From Ranitomeya imitator (Eukaryota), in assembly GCF_032444005.1 (NCBI RefSeq), contig NC_091291.1, positions 120,900,001-120,964,000 on the forward strand: 64,000 nucleotides of DNA. The letters run 5' to 3'. The notes below the pieces were generated by a model. The model was given only the letters and a program-made list of their open reading frames with translations. It was not told the origin of the DNA and did no database searches. Below, piece after piece: positions 57,401 through 64,000 of this stretch. The position numbers were made by a program, and so were the translations under genes. How positions within the stretch are numbered: the stretch's first letter is position 1; each line of letters opens with the position of its first letter.

Positions 57401-58594
57401 TAATATATAAGGCCAACAGGAGTGTATTTACCCATTTTAATTTCAGGCCCCAGATGAAGCCAGTTTAGGCGAAACTCTTGTTGGGCAGATGAAGACTTTT
57501 TTTTTTTTTTTCCTTCAATTTATTGATGTAATAAAAGTTAATGGTTTCAGCCCTCTCTGCTTAAATATTTTGTTATTTTCATGGTGGCTTTTTTAATCAT
57601 TATTTGACTTCTTATGCCTACAACTCCGGTCATGCTTATTAAAGAAATTGCACATGAAAGGATATTTTTCAGCGCCAATATCTTAAGCTTCTAACCTGTC
57701 TTATGAGGGTTGTCCAGGTGTTGAGCCAAACTGTCTGCTATTGATTACCTATATCCCTGAAAACCCTTTTTAATTATTTCCACCTACAATGATATTAGGC
57801 TTAATTTTACTTTTCAAGATGTAATTGTTGCCGGCTGAAATATTCAGTTGCTGTTGCTTGCTGCTGCAGTTATGTTCCATTATTCCTCATTTTCCTTTTA
57901 TTTTGTCATAAACCAGTGTGATAATCAACATCTTCTCACCACGAAGATCATTTATCAATATTAAAGGGAATCTACCACCAGGTTTTTGCTACTCTATCTG
58001 AGAGCCGCATGATGTAGAGACAGAGAGCCTGATTCCGGCAATGTGTCACTTACTCGACTGCTTGCTGCAATTTTGCTTAAAATTTTTTTCTCTGATACAG
58101 ATCTAGTGGTTCTCTGAATGCTGAGCCCTGTATAACTGTGCATAGGCAGAAAGCTGTCAATAAGTGATGGAGGGTGTGGCTGGACTGCCTGGCAAGTAAA
58201 GTAGTCCACTAGTGATAATCTCCTGCTGATAAAAGTTTGATTTTATTAAAAAAAAAAAAAAAAAGTACAACATGCGGCCTAGTAAGTGATACATTGCTGT
58301 AATCAGGGTCTCGGCCCCTACATCATGCTTGATGATAGATTCCGTGTAAGTCTGTATGTTTTTTACATTCTCCATTCCTACTTGCATGACTTCTGTATAC
58401 AATGTTAATATACTCTTTATTTTCTCTTTTCCTATGTATATTTCTCTTTTAGGAGATGATGCTCTCTCATGAATCCTACCAGCCAGAAATGTTCCATTCC
58501 TTAGAGAACGCTTTGCAGGCCATTAGTGAGTTTGAAGAAAGTACAACTTCCAATTATATAGTTCTAGAAAAGCAGAAAGACTTTGGGGATGAAG
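33477..58594 (+). CDS. Unnamed multi-exon gene with tandem CARF/ALS2CR8-like modules (3' part beyond window)
   Basis: Coding exons 33477-33560 (tentative first), 44077-44218, 45209-45393, 55885-55965, 56875-57018 and 58453-58594, all GT-AG and in phase. Peptides EYSGVPFMIVGRKVLGCHLG, NCPAKIYVYHILKFPDF and HENHP resemble recalled CARF motifs (YDGIPFV..., ECQYG, TCPARIYIKKVQKFPEY). Exon 58453-58594 is a paralogue of 44077-44218, with the same length and phases. Confidence 0.8.
33861..35680. repeat. 39/38-bp satellite (~47 copies, agctcctcccctgcagtatacacc(c)tcctgctggctctc) inside the left ITR of DIRS A
   Basis: Unit equals the single-copy segment in the right ITR (reverse complement at ~41320-41370). 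Confidence 0.97.
36790..37226. repeat. 15-bp minisatellite (ggtgact[c/g]gttccct, ~29 copies) inside DIRS A
   Basis: Direct reading. Confidence 0.96.
37290..38130. repeat. Degenerate 30-bp minisatellite (ccctggtcttaaaggcacatgaccagtatg) inside DIRS A
   Basis: Same unit occurs more homogeneously in DIRS B at 51565-51825. Confidence 0.9.
42842..42886 (-). ncRNA. Minimal type I hammerhead ribozyme, copy 1
   Basis: Minus strand reads UCCACA CUGAUGA GGGG caaaaa CCCC GAAA C-AGCU-G UC/ UGUGGA. Complete catalytic core, 6-bp helix I, 4-bp helix II, palindromic helix III. Confidence 0.92.
43199..43243 (-). ncRNA. Minimal type I hammerhead ribozyme, copy 2
   Basis: Identical to copy 1, offset by 357 bp. 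Confidence 0.92.
43371..43415 (+). ncRNA. Minimal type I hammerhead ribozyme, copy 3 (inverted, one helix II mismatch)
   Basis: TCCACA CTGATGA GGGA CAAAAA CCCC GAAA CAGCTGTC TGTGGA. Predicted cleavage after C43409. Confidence 0.85.
45923..49230. repeat. 39/38-bp satellite (~86 copies) inside the left ITR of DIRS B
   Basis: Same unit as the array in DIRS A. Single copy in the right ITR at ~55437-55482. Confidence 0.97.
50254..51528 (-). mobile_element. Non-autonomous piggyBac-type element with TTAA TSD, nested in DIRS B
   Basis: TTAA at 50250-50253 and 51529-51532, CCCCTT...AAGGGG ends, reverse complement of 31466-32722. Confidence 0.88.
51565..51825. repeat. 30-bp minisatellite (ccctggtcttaaaggcacacgaccagtatt, ~8 copies) inside DIRS B
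   Basis: Direct reading. Confidence 0.93.
57447..57486 (+). ncRNA. Degenerate minimal hammerhead (Penelope-type relic)
   Basis: GCCC CAGATGA A GCC agttta GGC GAAAC tctt GTT GGGC. Core has U4 to A, so it is probably inactive. Confidence 0.5.
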
Positions 58595-59149
58595 GTAATT
58601 TCACTGCAGAGGTTTCTGTGACTGTTCGCGTCTTTATTCCTATGACTTTTTGGCATAAAATTCTGTAATGTCGACGAGTTGGGGCTTATTCCCAAGCTGT
58701 GAAGAATGTGATCTTTAAGCAATGTGTGGATGCGTCCGCAGGGCGACGTGTTGCGCGACAGTGCTATGTTACATCTAATGATTGCCAATGGGGTCATCTT
58801 GAAACCCGCAACTTCGAAATCCAGCCTTGCAGCCAATTCTGAGCACAGTTGGGGCACCCAGAAATGGCCACTGCGCGGTGGACGGAGATGTGGGGTTACA
58901 GATCTCTATACTTTTGCATTTCCAGCAGTCACGGCACCAGGGGTCAACGAATCTGAGGGGGTCGGATCCACACCGATCAGATATTGATGATCTGTAATAA
59001 ACTGCAAGCGCCTTACTCCACATGTGGCCCGATTCTAATGTTTTACTGTTTTTAAAAAGCATAAAAATGGCGAAACCTTTGAATCGGGATGGACAGGTAG
59101 TAAGGATCAACCTCTATTCCCCGGGGCAAGAAGAAGAGCAGGACTGCAG

Positions 59150-59740
59150 CTTACTGTATTTTTCAGGCTATAAGATGCTCTTTTTTCACCTCAAATTTGG
59201 AAGGAAAATTGAGGGGGGCACCTTATAGTCCGAATGCAGGCTTACTTGGTTTGCGGCGGTGGTGGAGCAGGATCCCTTCCTTAGTGGCAGAAGTGTGGCT
59301 ATGCTGCGGGCCCGGTATCAGCGGTGAGCAGAGCAGAGTGCATGAATGCTTTCCCGGCAGCCATTTTCCTAAAGCTGTGGCCGCTAGAGGCGGCACGTGC
59401 ACAGATTGGGATCTCAGCTTATCTGACATCTCAATGTGCGCACGTGTCCCTGGAGGCAGCCATTTTCCTGAGCCTGTGGGACCCTGCACCACACAAAGTA
59501 CTCTTCTCTGCCTAACCGCCGACATCGGGCCCGCAGCATCGCACCGGTATCCCACCCAGGGCCCACAGCAGCGCCCCACTTCTGCCACCGCCAGCTTCCT
59601 GAAGAAGAGACCGTGCCTCCTGTGACCCTGCTCCACCGGCCCCCAGGAAAGATGCCTTAAATTCGGACTATAATATGGACACCCATCTTATAAAAATGCT
59701 TTTTTTTTTTATTTTGCACCCCAAAATTTGGGGTGCGTCT
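59150..59740. mobile_element. Pogo/Tc2-like MITE fragment
   Basis: tactgtatttttcaggctataagatgc at the left end, then ttcggactata and gcaccccaaaatttggggtgcgtct. Truncated by a T2-MITE start at taagg. Confidence 0.55.
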
Positions 59741-59754
59741 AAGGCTAAGTGCAC

Positions 59755-62639
59755 TTGTACTATGGAAAATGCTTGTTGCAGGTGAAAAAGTTTATTGAAA
59801 CCAGTGTTGCAGTAAAATACAGAGGTGAAGCGATAGGCATAAGACGTTTCGGCCAACTCGTGGCCTTGATCACAGTATCGCTGAAATAAATGACATAAAA
59901 ACAAACGAGTAACTATATACAGATCATATTTACATATATACAATTCGGTGAAACAATGTCAGAAAACCAAGTCAAAACAAGTTGAAAATGGAACAAATGA
60001 TGTCAGTGCTCCTAAGATTTGAGGACAAAAGAAACAAACAATCGGGAGGTATGGAGATAGGTACGGCATGCGATGGAGCTAGAGGATGAGACGATAAAGA
60101 TGCTAAAACATACCCTAGTGGGAAGTTCCTAGTTTACTGCTGCACTACAGTGTTGCTGAGGATATCAGCCAGAAATAAATGTCCTGAAAGAATGATGGGA
60201 CATGGAAGGTAATGAGAGATAATTAAGAATATCACCAATGGCTACAACGTATCTAGGTGGAAAAAGGCTATAACATACTTGCCAACCTATGTTTTTACTG
60301 TTAATCATAAGAGTATAGGGAACCAATTGTCGCCGTATCGTGGAGCATGCATATAGGTGTGGCTGTAGGAATAGATAAAAGTGAGTTATATGTTAAGTCT
60401 GTATGGGGTGGGTGGTAGAAAGTTGGACTGTGTTATACTTGCCAGTTTAGTATTTCCGTTGTACAAAGTGTGCCAGGCCCGTCGGCGTAGTATGGAGCGC
60501 ACATATAAGACTAGCTAAAGGAGATATTTGAAATAGATCTATGAGTTAAATCTATATAGAGTCCATATATAGTATAACCAGGTAACCAAAATATACTTGC
60601 CGATTTGAATGTAGTACTAATCAAGCAAAAATACACCAAATGTCCCCAGAATGTGGATGGTGCATATGGATATAACTGTGGGAACAGACGTATATAGGGT
60701 AAGTAGATTGCCAGGTAGGTCTATAGTGGGTAATTTTGTAATGGATGCGCTACCTGCCAGTGTGTAGATACAGTCCCAATATAGCTATACAGGTCCAGTA
60801 TTCTAGATGTAATGAGGGCAGTGGTGTACCAAGGTTTAACTGAAAAAGAAACTGGTGTAAAGATAAAGTATGATGGGGACGCTGAGTCACTTATCTGATA
60901 GATGGTGTTCTCACATCCGCAGTCTGCTGGTAGCGTTCCATGGGTCTTTTAGTAACGCTAAGGCGCTCTCTTTTTCTATAACGCTTATGCGTCCCTTCTA
61001 CCTAGAGAGGTAGAATTTGAACGCACATTTCACTACGCTGCTATGCTGGGTATCTGTCCAGCTCCATTGCGCATGCCTGGGCGCCATCTTGCGGGTCCGA
61101 TGCACACAGCATAGACGCTGATGTCGGCATCGTATGTGGGCGCACACAGGTCCTTCAGGCACTACGCATGCGTCGGCATTTGTGGACTCTCCACACCGAC
61201 TGCGCAGGTGCGGGCGTCCTGCATCACATCCGGTCACCTGACCGGCCGGGGCTTTATACAGCGCTGCTATTATTGTCATGGCAGCCGCTCCTTTAGCAAA
61301 GACACGGTGTGTGTCTGCTTCTACCACTTGGCCACCAACGCCGGCCCCCCAACCACGTACGCTACCAGCAGACTGCGGATGTGAGAACACCATCTATCAG
61401 ATAAGTGACTCAGCTTCCCCATCATACTTTATCTTTACACCAGTTTCTTTTTCAGTTAAACCTTGGTACACCACTGCCCTCATTACATCTAGAATACTGG
61501 ACCTGTATAGCTATATTGGGACTGTATCTACACACTGGCAGGTAGCGCATCCATTACAAAATTACCCACTATAGACCTACCTGGCAATCTACTTACCCTA
61601 TATACGTCTGTTCCCACAGTTATATCCATATGCACCATCCACATTCTGGGGACATTTGGTGTATTTTTGCTTGATTAGTACTACATTCAAATCGGCAAGA
61701 ATATTTTGTTACCTGGTTATACTATATATGGACTCTATATAGATTTAACTCATAGATCTATTTCAAATATCTCCTTTAGCTAGTCTTATATGTGCGCTCC
61801 ATACTACGCCGACGGGCCTGGCACACTTTGTACAACGGAAATACTAAACTGGCAAGTATAACACAGTCCAACTTTCTACCACCCACCCCATACAGACTTA
61901 ACAGATAACTCACTTTTATCTATTCCTACAGCCACACCTATATGCATGCTCCACGATACGGCGACAATTGGTTCCCTATACTCTTATGATTAACAGTAAA
62001 AACATAGGTTGGCAAGTATGTTATAGCCTTTTTCCACCTAGATACGTTGTAGCCATTGGTGATATTCTTAATTATCTCTCATTACCTTCCATGTCCCATC
62101 ATTCTTTCAGGACATTTATTTCTGGCTGATATCCTCAGCAACACTGTAGTGCAGCAGTAAACTAGGAACTTCCCACTAGGGTATGTTTTAGCATCTTTAT
62201 CGTCTCATCCTCTAGCTCCATCGCATGCCGTACCTATCTCCATACCTCCCGATTGTTTGTTTCTTTTGTCCTCAAATCTTAGGAGCACTGACATCATTTG
62301 TTCCATTTTCAACTTGTTTTGACTTGGTTTTCTGACATTGTTTCACCGAATTGTATATATGTAAATATGATCTGTATATAGTTACTCATTTGTTTTTATG
62401 TCATTTATTTCAGCGATACTGTGATCAAGGCCACGAGTTGGCCGAAACGTCTTATGCCTATCGCTTCACCTCTGTATTTTACTGCAACACTGGTTTCAAT
62501 AAACTTTTTCACCTGCAACAAGCATTTTCCATAGTACGAGTGCAGTGATTTATATCTGGATATTGCATGGGACTATTGGTTCCGTTCACTTGCACCGTCA
62601 TACCCTCGAATAGTCGAGTGCTAGCCTTCGTATTCTCTA
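59755..62639 (+). mobile_element. Penelope-like non-coding insertion with ~1.19-kb inverted arms and 15-bp TSD
   Basis: Arms ~59751-60938 and ~61360-62543 are near-identical reverse complements. TSD taaggctaagtgcac at 59740-59754 and 62640-62654. Hammerhead-like motif near the 3' end. No ORF recognised. Confidence 0.8.
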
Positions 62640-62640
62640 T

Positions 62641-63496
62641 AAGGCTAAGTGCACACGTTGCAGAATTGCTGCGGAAATATCCGCGGCAATTCTGCAACTC
62701 CTGCCGCGGGTATATCGCATGCGGAATTGGCATGTGTATTCCCGCTAAACACTAGCGTTTTACAAGCGTTTTTAGCTTGCAGAATGCTAGCGTTTTCCAA
62801 GCGATCTGTAGCATCGCTTGGAAAACTGATTGACAGGTTGGTCACACTTGTCAAACATAGTGTTTGACAACTGTGACCAACTTTTTTACTATTGATGCTG
62901 CCTATGCAGCATCAATAGTAAAAAGATCTAATGTTAAAAATGATTTAAAAAAATGGTTATTCTCACCTTCCGACGGCCCCGGATTTCCTCAGCGGTGCAG
63001 GCGGCGGCTTCCGTTCCCAGGGATGCTGTGTGCGAAGGACCTGGCATGATGTCACGGTCACGTGACCGCGACGTCATCCCAGGTCCTTCGCACAAAGCAT
63101 CCCTGGGAACGTAAGCCTCCGCGTGCACCGCTGAGAGGCGGGAGGTCTCCGGGGGCCATCGGAAGGTGAGTATATCCTTATTTTTTATTTTAATTCTTTT
63201 TTTTTTTTTTTTTTTTTTAAACAATTATATGGTGCCCAGTCCATGGAGGAGAGTCTTCTCTCCTCCACCTGGGTACCATTTGTACATGATCCGCTTACTT
63301 CCCGCATGGTGGGCATAGCCACATGAGGGAAGTAAGCGGATCAATGCATTCCTATGTGTGCAGAATCCCCGCGATTCCGCAAATTATCGAACATACTTCG
63401 TTTTTTTCCGGAATACGTTTCTGCACCGGAAAAAAATGCAGCATGTGCATACAAAATGCTGATTGCATTTTATTAATGGGATGCTTAATGTGAGCG
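62641..63496. mobile_element. T2-type MITE (AGGCTAAGTGCACACG start), interrupted by a DIRS at 63497
   Basis: Family-typical terminus and internal inverted repeats. Right end not seen. Confidence 0.7.
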
Positions 63497-64000
63497 TTTA
63501 CTCTGTCGCCTCATTGGGGACACAGGACCATGGGTGTTATGCTGCTGTCCACTAGGAGGCGACACTATGCATAATCTGAAAAAGATTAACTGTGGCTCCT
63601 CCTCTGCAGTATACACCCCTGGACGGCGTCGGCCTTCTCCAGTTTTTGCTTCGTGTCGCATAGGAGGCACACCTAAAAAATTTTTTACTCCATTTTTTTC
63701 CGACGGATTACAGATGAAGAAAAGTGGGTCTCCTGTGAGACTCCCGGCATGGCTCCTTCCTCGGCCCCCTATTATGGGGTGCCCGGTTGAAGTCGAGATG
63801 GCTTTCTCCCCATGTCGCTCCTTCCCCAGTCCCTTGTGTACTGGTTCGAAGTCGAGACCCCCCCTCCTTCCCCAATTCCTTTTGGTTTCTGGGTTGAGGT
63901 TGAGGTGAGGATAAAGCCCCCTGATGGTGACAGCAGCACCCTCCCTATTCCCCCTCTGGGGGCATTAGGTTGAGACGCCTCAGGTAGGGCCTGTACAGGC
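63497..64000 (+). mobile_element. Left end of a fourth DIRS element (third family), continuing beyond window
   Basis: TTTACTCTGTCGCCTCATTGGGGACACAGGACCATGGGTGTTATGCTGCTG...ctcctcctctgcagtatacacccc matches the DIRS left ITR pattern of the other copies. Confidence 0.85.

Noticed and set aside
29000-64000. ZMYND12 expected opposite PPCS
   Set aside because: No MYND-finger or other recognisable ZMYND12 exon found by eye. It may lie outside the window.
58595-64000. Second-module counterpart of the 185-nt CARF-like exon
   Set aside because: No matching exon found. The region is filled by repeats, so it probably lies beyond the window.

Overview
Vertebrate genomic DNA, most likely a frog (inferred from the repeat landscape: T2-type MITEs, V-SINE, DIRS, L2, piggyBac-type MITEs). 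Two complete host genes and one partial gene can be built by hand with consistent splice phases: UTP3/SAS10 (+, 16 coding exons, 467 aa), PPCS (-, 3 exons, 320 aa) and, head-to-head with PPCS, an unnamed + strand gene with tandemly duplicated CARF/ALS2CR8-like modules that runs out of the window. A possible divergent gene lies upstream of UTP3. Introns carry four DIRS tyrosine-recombinase retrotransposons: one near-intact, two decayed with intact termini, and one cut by the window end. The main points of interest are: (1) a 357-bp tandem repeat carrying minimal type I hammerhead ribozymes, inserted with a 5' inversion and a 16-bp TSD (Penelope/retrozyme-like); (2) a 2.9-kb insertion with the same architecture and a G3-C8 variant hammerhead-like core; (3) 38-39-bp satellites that expanded in only one arm of inverted repeats, in two DIRS copies and in an unrelated palindromic element; (4) splice signals that may explain DIRS ORF expression; (5) the tandem CARF-like gene. 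The very long ORFs in the track at 33.8-35.7 kb and 45.8-49.4 kb are repeat artefacts. All coordinates were counted by eye. No database searches were run, and protein comparisons rely on recalled sequences.
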